Assembly: GCA_046735395.1 (NCBI GenBank)
Contig: JBJKQR010000008.1
Coordinates: forward strand, 32,001-96,000
DNA length: 64,000 bases
Reading direction: 5' to 3'
Origin: Fidelibacterota bacterium
Lineage (GTDB): Bacteria; Fidelibacterota; Fidelibacteria; Fidelibacterales; DSDE01
The translations under genes and the position numbers were made by a program. Within the stretch, counting starts at the first letter, position 1, and each line of letters begins with the position of its first letter. Of this stretch, positions 18,864-27,972 are shown in pieces. A model generated the notes under the pieces. That model had not been told where the DNA came from. It saw only the letters and a program-made list of their open reading frames with translations, and searched no databases.

Positions 18864-19977
18864 ATGAAGGTGTTCAGATATGTGTTATTTTTGCTCATTG
18901 TCAGTTGCAGTCTGCAGTCAAAGAATTCTGATAAACGAAGCGACCGTGACCCCCAAGATTTATAATGAAAAAGAACAGGCGCTGTTGATGGAGGGGAATA
19001 AATGTCATGATGACGGGGAGTATTTGGCAGCAGTAGATGCATACAATAAACTCATAGCGCTAAACCCAAACAATCCGCTGGCGTATTATGAAAAATCATA
19101 TTCATTGATGGTGCTGGGCGAAAACAAAAAAAGTTTAAAAGCAATTTTGCAGGCAACGAAGTACAAGTCAGAAAATCCGTTTCAGATATATTTACAATTA
19201 GGAAACAGTCTTGATAATAACAATTATCATACTGAAGCCCTTGACGCATATGATAAAGCATTAGAAATTGATACAAGCAATTATTTAGTATATTTTAATA
19301 AAGCAATCACTTTGATTAGATTGAATCGCATACGAGAAGGACAGAACAACCTTAGGCGTTCATTAAAACTCAATCCGGATCATGCTGGCAGCAATTTGGT
19401 TTTAGCTACGACCTATTCTTATGATGGTTATACAATACCGGCACTTATGGCCTATTGCAGATATCTGATGATTGAACCGGTTTCGCCAAGAGCTGAATCG
19501 GCAATTACAGGAATTCAAAAGATCATTAATTCAGCGGTATCACAAACAGGGGGAAAGGAATATAATATTGTTCTTCCGTCAATAAAACAGGATTATGACG
19601 GGAATTTTTATTTGGTTCAGTTAATGATGTCTTTGCTTACTGCGGGTCAAATTGCCAAAGCAGCAGAAGCAGACACCCTGAATGCTGGAAAATATCCAAC
19701 TCATTTCTTAATAAAAGTTGTGGAAATACTGAAAGGAATATTTCAGGAAATGCTGGAATTAGAAGAGAAAGAGGATTTCAGTGATAGTGGTTTTGCCTGG
19801 AAATATTATGCACCCTATTTCATTGAGATGCAGCGCGAAGATCTTGTGGAACCCTTTGTATATTACATCTTTCAGTCTACTCAGGATGAATATGTAAAAG
19901 AATGGCTTAAGGAACATGAACAGGCGGTTGAATCATTAAAAATCTGGAATGAAAAATTTCAGCTACAACTTAATTAG
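18864..19977 (+). CDS. TPR-repeat protein with an apparent frameshift in the signal-peptide region
   Basis: TPR motifs (AYNKLIALNPNNPLAYYEK, EALDAYDKALEID, SLKLNPDHAGS) in ORF 18880-19977; the RBS-backed ATG at 18864 is in another frame. Confidence 0.75.
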
Positions 19978-19998
19978 CGTATCAGAAAGGTGCGCAAG

Positions 19999-20595
19999 AT
20001 GATGAAAAAATTATTAATATTATCGGGTTTATTGTTCTTTTCATGTGTAAGTCCGCATCGCAATGCCGAGGGAATGAACTCAGGAATTATTTATGGTGAT
20101 GATCACGTATACAGCCTTACAGCATGCGAAGATTGGGTTATGGACAATACAAGTGCAGTAAACCAGGGATTGTTTTGTGTCTTTTACCCAAAAGATCGGA
20201 CCTGGGCGAACAGTCCGGTCGTCGCCTACTCAAAGGCCGTAAGTAAAAATGATTCATTGGAAACAATAAAAGACATGGTTTCAAATACAATACGTGAATT
20301 CCGACAGAATGGCAGCCCGGACTCCAGGGTGAGATATATGAAAAACATTGAAACCCGACACGGGAAGGTAGCAGACATATATTTTTTTACTGGTGATCAA
20401 TGGGGGAATTATGAGGCGGTGGCATATTTTGATGAAGGAAAATGTATTCCTTTTATTGTTCTTTCATCCCGGGCTTATGAAGTATTTGAAAAGTCGCTGC
20501 CAAACTTTGAATCAATCGTTAAATCCTATATGTTTTTCGGCAGTGATATTACTATTTGTCTCAATGGAAAACCAATGAAGCGGCAACAAAACTAA
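19999..20595 (+). CDS. Hypothetical lipoprotein
   Basis: MMKKLLILSGLLFFSC lipobox; long ORF in an AT-rich block. Confidence 0.7.
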   Translation: MMKKLLILSGLLFFSCVSPHRNAEGMNSGIIYGDDHVYSLTACEDWVMDNTSAVNQGLFCVFYPKDRTWANSPVVAYSKAVSKNDSLETIKDMVSNTIREFRQNGSPDSRVRYMKNIETRHGKVADIYFFTGDQWGNYEAVAYFDEGKCIPFIVLSSRAYEVFEKSLPNFESIVKSYMFFGSDITICLNGKPMKRQQN

Positions 20596-20673
20596 CAGGA
20601 TTTTGACAATAGGATTCTATTAAGGCAATCATATACAGGTTATGGAATTCAACAGCACACGCATAGACGAAAA

Positions 20674-21588
20674 ATGCACAGAGAACCTCGAATGAATAAA
20701 TACAATATACTCTATTCCATGAAAGACAAGCTTTCGAATCTTGCGAACGATGATCTGCGATTGAAGATGAGAGAGCCCTCGAATAATTTGATGTATACCG
20801 TCGCGCTGTTCATGGAGATTGAAGAGCGAGACCTGTTTGATGAAGATGCGCAAAATCTGATGAACAGTCTGTTCAATGATATGGATCTAAAGCAGTTTAA
20901 AATGATTCAGCGACTCTTTTCCGAGCATCCGAAGATCTATGGCTATCTATCAGAGATCAAAATGGGGCTGATGGAAAAGATAAAGGAGCTTAAAACGGTA
21001 AAAGGAGTAAAAACGGCATATAGGATAAAAAGTGTAAAAATATATGCCGGATTCTGGAAACGTTTTGCGGCAAAGCTTCTTGATATTATCATTCTGTTTC
21101 CGTGGATATATGTCAGTATGAAGGCAGTGCAAAGTTCAAAATACGGATCGGCCTACGTGTTCATCCCGAATATGCTGATCAATGTACTGTTTAATGTTTA
21201 TCTGGTGGCAAGCTATGGAGGCACTCCCGGAAAATTAATGATGAATATCCGAATTACCCGGGAAGACTTTTCACCCGTAAATTATTATCAGGCGTCATTG
21301 CGTTTCAGTGTTGCATTCTTATTGACAGTCGTGATGGGGCTGGGCGAGCTGCTTGGGGCGTTTTCCATTCCGGATGCGCACTATTATGGTGCCAGTTATG
21401 CGGAAAAGTCCCAGATGCTTTTAAACGCTTCTCCATTCTGGGGGACGAAAGTCAGATCATTTCTGATACTCTGGACTTGGAGTGAATTGATCGTGATGCT
21501 GACGAACCGCCGCCGGAAATCTATTCATGATTATATAGCCGGGACGGTTGTTGTTAATAAAGATTTTGCAACACATCCGGAGAATTAA
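20674..21588 (+). CDS. RDD family membrane protein with extra N-terminal soluble domain
   Basis: YAGFWKRFAAKLLD, GGTPGKLMMNIRI, RRKSIHDYIAGTVVV. Confidence 0.88.
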   Translation: MHREPRMNKYNILYSMKDKLSNLANDDLRLKMREPSNNLMYTVALFMEIEERDLFDEDAQNLMNSLFNDMDLKQFKMIQRLFSEHPKIYGYLSEIKMGLMEKIKELKTVKGVKTAYRIKSVKIYAGFWKRFAAKLLDIIILFPWIYVSMKAVQSSKYGSAYVFIPNMLINVLFNVYLVASYGGTPGKLMMNIRITREDFSPVNYYQASLRFSVAFLLTVVMGLGELLGAFSIPDAHYYGASYAEKSQMLLNASPFWGTKVRSFLILWTWSELIVMLTNRRRKSIHDYIAGTVVVNKDFATHPEN

Positions 21589-21681
21589 AAAAAAAAAAAA
21601 CATCTATGATACCGGATCTGTCTGTCCGGATCGCGGCGACAGCTGTTATTTATCCAAACAAATAATGAGATAATGGCTGGT

Positions 21682-21741
21682 GCATTATAGCAGAGACGCA
21701 AGATTTTGCGTTTCTACAAATAGATCCCAAACATCCGATAC
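21682..21741 (+). repeat. GTAG-type REP element, copy B (3' flank only)
   Basis: GCAGAGACGCAAGATTTTGCGTTTCTAC followed by AATAGATCCCAAACATCCGA as in copy A. Confidence 0.85.
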
Positions 21742-21784
21742 CAGTGAATTCGAACGACAATTAAAAAAAAAAGGAGGAATTACT

Positions 21785-22237
21785 ATGTCCTATTATTGCA
21801 ACCAATGTAACAGCACAATTACAAAAGATGAATTCTCGTATTCCGTTAATCATTATGAAAGGCCTCTTTGTAGAGCTTGCCAAAAACCGAATTCATCGCC
21901 CAAAAAAAATACACCAGAGCCAACACCACAGGCAAAATATCTCTATAATGTATTACGACAAAGAGGCGTGCCTGCAAGATTAGAACAATTCGATGGATTT
22001 AAGCACATTGATATTGCCATTCCAGAAGTAAAAGTCAATATTGAGGTAGATGGCGGACATCATAATTATGATAAAAAACAGGCCTTAGCTGATTTAAAAA
22101 GAACATACTACTCTTTCAGAAAAGGATATCTGACCTTACGAATCCCGAATTCTCTTCTGGAGAAGGAAAACATTCACGAGACAGCAAATTATATTGTGGA
22201 ATTCTTAAATGAATCTGGTGATCAATTGGAATATTAA
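21785..22237 (+). CDS. Zinc-ribbon plus DUF559/Vsr-like endonuclease
   Basis: CNQC...CRAC; HIDIAI...VNIEVDGGHH...DLKR...GYLTLRI; AGGAGG RBS. Confidence 0.82.
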   Translation: MSYYCNQCNSTITKDEFSYSVNHYERPLCRACQKPNSSPKKNTPEPTPQAKYLYNVLRQRGVPARLEQFDGFKHIDIAIPEVKVNIEVDGGHHNYDKKQALADLKRTYYSFRKGYLTLRIPNSLLEKENIHETANYIVEFLNESGDQLEY

Positions 22238-22297
22238 GGAAAACGTATTTCGGTAGAGACGCATTGTCGTAGAGACGCAAGATTTTGCGTCTCCACG
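22231..22297 (+). repeat. GTAG-type REP element, copy C (5' flank only)
   Basis: First 33 nt identical to 16342-16374; GTAGAGACGCAAGATTTTGCGTCTCCAC palindrome. Confidence 0.88.
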
Positions 22298-22305
22298 GCA
22301 AAACA

Positions 22306-23529
22306 TCATTTCATCACGGAATTCCAGCGGTCCTGGTGGGTGACGAAGCGTGAAGCCCGGCGTTCCAGTTCGTCGTGATAATATGTTTCCAGGCCGGCCT
22401 TGCGCTTCACGAAACTGTAGGGGAACCAGTGGGTCGGTTCATCATCGCCCATACCCCGTTTCATCTTTCCTTCCAGGCGGGACATGAGGGTGATCATGCC
22501 TCGCGGATCATAGCCGGCCCGGGCGGCGTAGAGGGCGCCCCGGGTATCGGCCGCCGCCTCGTAGCTTTCCTTGCGGCCTTTTATACTGCGTTCGTACATG
22601 TCGTCCGCAATCTGTTCCAGGTCGGCCTCCACCTCATTCGGCTCCTCGTCCAGTTCCGTGTCAAGGGCGTCAAAGGCCGCTTCCGCCCGGACTTTCGGCT
22701 TGCGCTTCTGCGCTTCGGTCATGCCGTGCCCGAGAGTGATATGGGAAATTTCATGGCCGAGCAGACAGGCCAGCTGATTTTCGCTGTCCATCATATTCAG
22801 CATTCCCTTTGAAATGATGATAACGCCGATGGGTGTGGAATTGGCAAAGATTTCATCTGTGTCGGCGATATACACCGTAAGGGGCAGGTCGTAGAATTCC
22901 GTGCTTTCGGCGACGAGCTGTGCCACCATGTTCACGTAGCGGGTTTTCGCCGCGTCCTTCAGCAGGCCGGGGGCTGTGAGCCGGCCGGCGATATAGGCAG
23001 AAGTGGCCATCATGGAATTATCGATTTTCAGAGAGCCCGGACTGTCGATACGGAGTTTCTTCATATATTTTTCGTGATCCCATGGGCTGTTCCGGTAGGT
23101 GTCGGCGGTAAAGCGCCGGTACTCCTCCGCGGAGAAGCTGCGACGCAGGGGGCGGGACATGACGTCCCGGTTCACGTCTGTGGAGCTGAGCCTGTTTTCA
23201 AAAAATCCCTTCACCGCGGCCGATACGATGGTTTTAGAAATTTCCCGGTCGGCGATCTCTCCGGCCAGGACACCGTAGTCAATGCTGTGCCGGCTGTCAT
23301 CAAAAGCCAGCGCGGGGATGAAGCCCTGAAGATTTGCAGCGGTCCGAACCTCCGCCCAGGTGTCGCCGTTCTGAATAATGGTTACGTCACTTCCGGCCGG
23401 CAGTACCGCCAGAACGGGATAAAAGGCGCCGCTGCCTTCGCGCAGCGACACATGGTCCTGACGGATCACATCCGCCGTCAGAACGGCAGCCGTCAGCAGA
23501 ATCAACAGTATCAGTACCGGTTTTTTCAT
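22306..23529 (-). CDS. Secreted SH3-domain plus M48-family metallopeptidase
   Basis: Signal peptide, LREGSGAFYPVLAVL...WAEV (SH3b-like), QLACLLGHEISH, EAAAD...ARAGYDPRGM. Confidence 0.85.
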   Translation of the reverse strand: MKKPVLILLILLTAAVLTADVIRQDHVSLREGSGAFYPVLAVLPAGSDVTIIQNGDTWAEVRTAANLQGFIPALAFDDSRHSIDYGVLAGEIADREISKTIVSAAVKGFFENRLSSTDVNRDVMSRPLRRSFSAEEYRRFTADTYRNSPWDHEKYMKKLRIDSPGSLKIDNSMMATSAYIAGRLTAPGLLKDAAKTRYVNMVAQLVAESTEFYDLPLTVYIADTDEIFANSTPIGVIIISKGMLNMMDSENQLACLLGHEISHITLGHGMTEAQKRKPKVRAEAAFDALDTELDEEPNEVEADLEQIADDMYERSIKGRKESYEAAADTRGALYAARAGYDPRGMITLMSRLEGKMKRGMGDDEPTHWFPYSFVKRKAGLETYYHDELERRASRFVTHQDRWNSVMK

Positions 23530-23537
23530 GTCTTCCC

Positions 23538-25694
23538 TCATTTCGTCTTAAAGGTAAATACGCCGTCCTCATCCACTAAATCGTCGTGCTTTTTCAGCAG
23601 GCGGCAGCGGTCGATGAAGGCCAGTGACGGTTTGTCGTCCGCATCCAGAGCCAGTACGGCCTCGAAGGCCTCAATGGCTTTCTTCCAGTTCCGTTGATTA
23701 TACAGCACTTTCGCGGCCTGAAAACGGGCTTCCCGTTCCCGGATGGCATCGTCAATATTTTCCAGCCGGTCGATGAGTGTAAAGATACGGATGGGGCGGT
23801 TCTTGCCCTTGACGCGGATGAGATCCAGTTCGCGGAAACAGTAGAGATCCTTCACGAATTCCCAGCTGAATTCACTGAGCATGTTAGTGGTACCGTAGCT
23901 TTTATTCACGCCTTCCAGCCGGGCGGACAGATTTACCGTATCGCCGATGGCCGTATAATCCATTCTCTGTTCGGAGCCCAGATTTCCCACTACCATGGGG
24001 CCGCTGCTGATGCCGATGCGGGTAGCGATTTCGCCTCCTTTTACGGGAATGAGCTCGCTCACCCTGTGCCGGCGGAATTCCAGGATCACTTCGCAGGCGG
24101 CGCGGGCATGATTCTCGCCCGGGACAGGTGCGCCGAAGACTGCCATAATGCCGTCGCCCGTATATTTGTCCAGGAGGCCGCCCTGTTCAAGGACGATTCC
24201 GGTGATAACGCCGAAATAGCGGTTGAGAACGCGGATCACGTCCCGGGGCGTCTTGTCCTCCGAATAGGTGGTGAAATTCTGCAGGTCGGTGAAGAGAACC
24301 GTGCCGGTGAGTTCGCGGCCTTCCAGATCCACCTGATCCGGATTCTGAAGCAGCAGATTGATGACGTCATCCGACAGGTAGCGAGAGAACATGCTGCGGA
24401 TCTGACGTTTGGCCCGGCCTTCGCTGACAATGCGGTAGGCGCTGGCGGCTCCGGAGCTGAAGATGAGAATCCCCAGAGGAAGGAGGAGGTCAAAGTCCAG
24501 AGCCTGCGTGCGGAACAGGAAGAAGTTTGCGGCGAGGATGAGAAGGGCGGACGCCAGCAGAAGCGGCAGGGAAAGACGAAGGCTGTGCTGCAGAAAGGAT
24601 CGGGTCAGGAGAAGCCCCAGCAGAAAAGCCGCGAGGCCAATCAGGAGCAGCGGAAGCGTGGACAGACGGTGGCCATTGAGCAGATTCGACAGGAGCGTGG
24701 CGTGAATCTCCCCGCCCGGGTAGGCATTGATGGCGGTGAAGGGCGTGGTTTTCAGATCGACCAGCCCGCTGGCCGATGCACAGATGATGATATTTTTTCC
24801 GGTAAACTGCCGGAGGGGAATGTCCGGATCGATGGCGGTCATGTGTTTTACCGCCGACATGAGAACGGCATAGAAGGACTCGTAGCGGAAAGCGCCGCCT
24901 GCATCTCCGGGGCCGTACCAGTAGAGCGGATAGCTCCCGTCCGCATCGAGGCAGAACTGCCGCTGCCGGGTGAGGAGCCGCCGGGACCGGGATTCATAGG
25001 AGACCAGGGTGTCTCCGGTGGCGGCAAGATAGGCCGACAGGGCCAGCTGGGGATAGAGCCGTCCATTGACGCGGTAAAACAGCGGCAAACGCCGACAGGT
25101 TCCGTCCGCGTCGGAGTGAAAATTTGCGATGCCGATGCCGGCTCCCGCATCCGTGAATTCAGGAATTGGGAGGCGAAGGCCGTGAAAATCCGGCCCCGGA
25201 ATCGTTTCGGCACCGGGAAAGCTCAGTGACAGGGGCTCCGGGTTGCGTTGAGCCAGGTGTCCCTCATTCTGTATCATGGCAGCAAGGACCGTGCGCGAGC
25301 TTTCGGAGAGCGCGTCGGCCAGTTCCGGGTCCGAGGATCCGCCGCCGAATTCCATTCTGTCCCGCTCCGGATCGTCCATGAGGATATCCACCATTACGGA
25401 GGCGGCTCCGGCGTCCGCCAGATAGCCGAGAACAATGGCATAAAACTGCCGTGGCCATGGCCAGCTGATGTTCAGTTTGTTTTCCGCGTTATCCAGCGAT
25501 CCGTTGTCGATGGCAATGAGTACGACGCTGCTGTCCGCCCTTTCGGCGTGGTACAGCTGCTGCCATTTGAAATCCGTCGTCGTATTGACCAGATTTCCGT
25601 AGAACCGGCTGTGGGACAGAAGCAGGAAAAAAGCGGTCACGGCAAGAGGGATCCATATCTGCAGCCATTTTCGGTCAAATATTTTTCTGATCAT
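23538..25694 (-). CDS. CHASE2-domain class III adenylate cyclase with C-terminal TPR
   Basis: WPWPR, DADGTCRR, GGEIHA (CHASE2); TM helices; FTDLQNFT, DKYTGDG, YTAIGDTVNLSARLE. Confidence 0.93.
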   Translation of the reverse strand: MIRKIFDRKWLQIWIPLAVTAFFLLLSHSRFYGNLVNTTTDFKWQQLYHAERADSSVVLIAIDNGSLDNAENKLNISWPWPRQFYAIVLGYLADAGAASVMVDILMDDPERDRMEFGGGSSDPELADALSESSRTVLAAMIQNEGHLAQRNPEPLSLSFPGAETIPGPDFHGLRLPIPEFTDAGAGIGIANFHSDADGTCRRLPLFYRVNGRLYPQLALSAYLAATGDTLVSYESRSRRLLTRQRQFCLDADGSYPLYWYGPGDAGGAFRYESFYAVLMSAVKHMTAIDPDIPLRQFTGKNIIICASASGLVDLKTTPFTAINAYPGGEIHATLLSNLLNGHRLSTLPLLLIGLAAFLLGLLLTRSFLQHSLRLSLPLLLASALLILAANFFLFRTQALDFDLLLPLGILIFSSGAASAYRIVSEGRAKRQIRSMFSRYLSDDVINLLLQNPDQVDLEGRELTGTVLFTDLQNFTTYSEDKTPRDVIRVLNRYFGVITGIVLEQGGLLDKYTGDGIMAVFGAPVPGENHARAACEVILEFRRHRVSELIPVKGGEIATRIGISSGPMVVGNLGSEQRMDYTAIGDTVNLSARLEGVNKSYGTTNMLSEFSWEFVKDLYCFRELDLIRVKGKNRPIRIFTLIDRLENIDDAIREREARFQAAKVLYNQRNWKKAIEAFEAVLALDADDKPSLAFIDRCRLLKKHDDLVDEDGVFTFKTK

Positions 25695-25992
25695 TCCTGT
25701 GAACTCCTGATGCGGGAATGGCCAAATTACGAATTGACCCGGCCCGGATTCTTGTCTGCCATCACATTTTGCGACATAAATGGATTTTTCCTGCCGCCAT
25801 GGGCGTGGTTATACCTCGTTTTCACTGCACTTTAGGCTATTTTGTCCAGTCATTCAAGGAAATTATTCAAGAAAGGCATTTAAGTGACAACTTTTTTCCT
25901 CTAAATTCGTCCATCATGATAAAGAGCTAAGGATGAACTGTGCGTGAAGTTTTTGTGACATGCTGAAATTAAATATGTTAGAAAAAGGAGAA

Positions 25993-27885
25993 ATGATGAA
26001 GAAAGTGACGACCCTGCTTCTGGCGGGACTGCTGCTTGCCGCGTGCAACACGACGCTGATGAAAAAAGACAGCGGCAACGCTCCGGTGATTACGGTGCCC
26101 TCCCGGGCTGATATTGATGAACAGTACCAGTGGAATCTGGCAGATATGTATGCGGATCAGACGGCCTGGGAAGCGGATTTTAAAATGGTTTCCGACCACC
26201 TGGAGGACGTGGCGGCATTCAAGGGAAAAGTGTCCGAATCGGCACAGAACCTGTCCGATTATTTCAGCCTTATGGAATCACTGGGTAAAAAGATTGATAA
26301 AATGTATGTGTATGCCGGCCTGAAAAAGGATGAGGATACGCGGATTTCTGATAACCAGGCGCTGCTGACCCGGATTTCTGCGCTGCAGGTGGCCGTCGGT
26401 GAAAAGAGCAGCTTCTTTGAAACGGAATTGCTGACGGTTCCCGAATCCACGCTCAATAAATGGTTTTCCAGTGAAGCCGGCCTGAAGCCCTATCGCTTTT
26501 ATCTGGATAATCTTCTGCGGCAGCAGACCCATGTCCTCGGCGAAAAGGAGGAAAACCTGCTGGCCATGCTGGGGAATTTTGCCGAAACCCCGAATAAAAT
26601 TCAGGAAGCCATCAAATACGCCGATATGAAATTTCCCCAGGTGAAAAATGATAAGGGCGAGCTGGTTCAGCTCACGCCGGGACGCTATTACCAGCTGCTT
26701 CTGTCTCCGGATAAGGATGTGCGGCGCCGGGCCTTTGAAGCGCGGAACGGAGCCTTCAACAATGTGATCAATACATCGGCCGCCACCTATAACGCCCTTC
26801 TGCAGAAAGATCTCTTCTATACCAAGACCCGGGGCTATAACAGCACCCTCGAACGGGCGCTGAGCTACGACAATGTGCCGGTGGAGGTTTTTAACAATCT
26901 CATCGAAACCGTGAAATCAAATCTGGGTCCCATGCATCGCTATTATGCCCTGAAGAAGAAGGTGCTGGGCCTCAAAGAAATGCATCTCTATGATACATCC
27001 CTGCCCATCGTTCCCGAAGCATCGAGCGAATATCCCTATGAAAAGGCCAAGGGTGAAATCCTGGATGCCCTCAAACCCATGGGCGAGGAATACGTGAACA
27101 CGGTGAACCGGGCCTTCAACGAACGGTGGATCGATGTCTATGAGACCGAGGGGAAAACGGGCGGAGCCTATTCCTGGGGAACCTTTGATGCGCCTCACCC
27201 CTATATTCTCCTGAATTATAATGACACGCAGGACAACATGTTCACCCTGGCGCACGAGCTGGGCCACACCATGCATTCCTTTTACAGCCGCAGAACTCAG
27301 CCCTATGCGACGGCGGATTATTCGCTGTTCGTGGCGGAAGTGGCTTCAACCTTCAATGAAAATATGCTCATGAAGTACATGCTGGACCGGGCGCAGACAA
27401 AAGAGGAAAAAATGATTCTGCTCGACCAGTGGATTTCCAATATTGAAGGGACCATCATTACCCAGGTTCAGTTCGCCGATTTCGAAAAACAGGCTCATGC
27501 CATGGCCCAGGCCGGTGAACCCGTTACCGTCGAATCGCTGAATGCCCTCTATCACAAATTGCTGGTTGAATACAACGGCCCGGATATGGTCATCGACGAT
27601 CTCTATGATCTGACCTGGAGCCGGATTCCTCATTTTTACCGCAGCTTCTATGTGTACAAATATGCCACGGCGCTCTGTGCTTCCACCTCCCTGTTTGAGG
27701 CCGTCTATGACGGGGATCAGCAGGCCCGGACACGATATATGAATTTTCTCAAGTCCGGCGGATCGGATTATCCCATCAACGAACTGAAAGCGGCCGGTGT
27801 GGATATGAGCCGTCCCCAACCGATTGTAGACACCATGAATCTGCTCAACGATCTGGTCAGTCAGCTCGAAGATCTGATGAAATAA
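25993..27885 (+). CDS. pepF: Oligoendopeptidase F (M3B) with lipoprotein signal
   Basis: QWNLADMY, GKTGGAYSWG, TLAHELGH, FVAEVASTFNE, WSRIPHFY; lipobox LAAC; AGGAG RBS. Confidence 0.95.
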   Translation: MMKKVTTLLLAGLLLAACNTTLMKKDSGNAPVITVPSRADIDEQYQWNLADMYADQTAWEADFKMVSDHLEDVAAFKGKVSESAQNLSDYFSLMESLGKKIDKMYVYAGLKKDEDTRISDNQALLTRISALQVAVGEKSSFFETELLTVPESTLNKWFSSEAGLKPYRFYLDNLLRQQTHVLGEKEENLLAMLGNFAETPNKIQEAIKYADMKFPQVKNDKGELVQLTPGRYYQLLLSPDKDVRRRAFEARNGAFNNVINTSAATYNALLQKDLFYTKTRGYNSTLERALSYDNVPVEVFNNLIETVKSNLGPMHRYYALKKKVLGLKEMHLYDTSLPIVPEASSEYPYEKAKGEILDALKPMGEEYVNTVNRAFNERWIDVYETEGKTGGAYSWGTFDAPHPYILLNYNDTQDNMFTLAHELGHTMHSFYSRRTQPYATADYSLFVAEVASTFNENMLMKYMLDRAQTKEEKMILLDQWISNIEGTIITQVQFADFEKQAHAMAQAGEPVTVESLNALYHKLLVEYNGPDMVIDDLYDLTWSRIPHFYRSFYVYKYATALCASTSLFEAVYDGDQQARTRYMNFLKSGGSDYPINELKAAGVDMSRPQPIVDTMNLLNDLVSQLEDLMK

Positions 27886-27900
27886 AAATGTCTTCATAAT

Positions 27901-27934
27901 AAAAAACCCCGGGGCACACTCCCGGGGTTTTTTT
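27901..27934. terminator. Bidirectional intrinsic terminator after pepF
   Basis: AAAAAACCCCGGG-gcacact-CCCGGGGTTTTTT. Confidence 0.9.
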
Positions 27935-27941
27935 AATGTGT

Positions 27942-27968
27942 TAACTTTTAGTCCGGGACGGTGTCAAA
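27942..27968 (+). promoter_or_regulatory. Putative ECF-sigma autoregulatory promoter
   Basis: TAACTT-16 nt-TCAAA, close to the sigmaE consensus GAACTT-N16-TCAAA, directly before the ECF gene. Confidence 0.55.
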
Positions 27969-27972
27969 GATC

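Noticed and set aside
15379..22237. Classical integron cassette array
   Set aside because: No intI and no convincing RYYYAAC...GTTRRRY attC sites; the CTAAC/GTTAT pair near 20592-20645 does not pair properly.
23694..25229. 511-aa plus-strand ORF, and similar long ORFs (49368-50906, 54119-55447, 11066-12322, 12446-13528)
   Set aside because: Antisense shadows of well-supported genes; no recognisable motifs.
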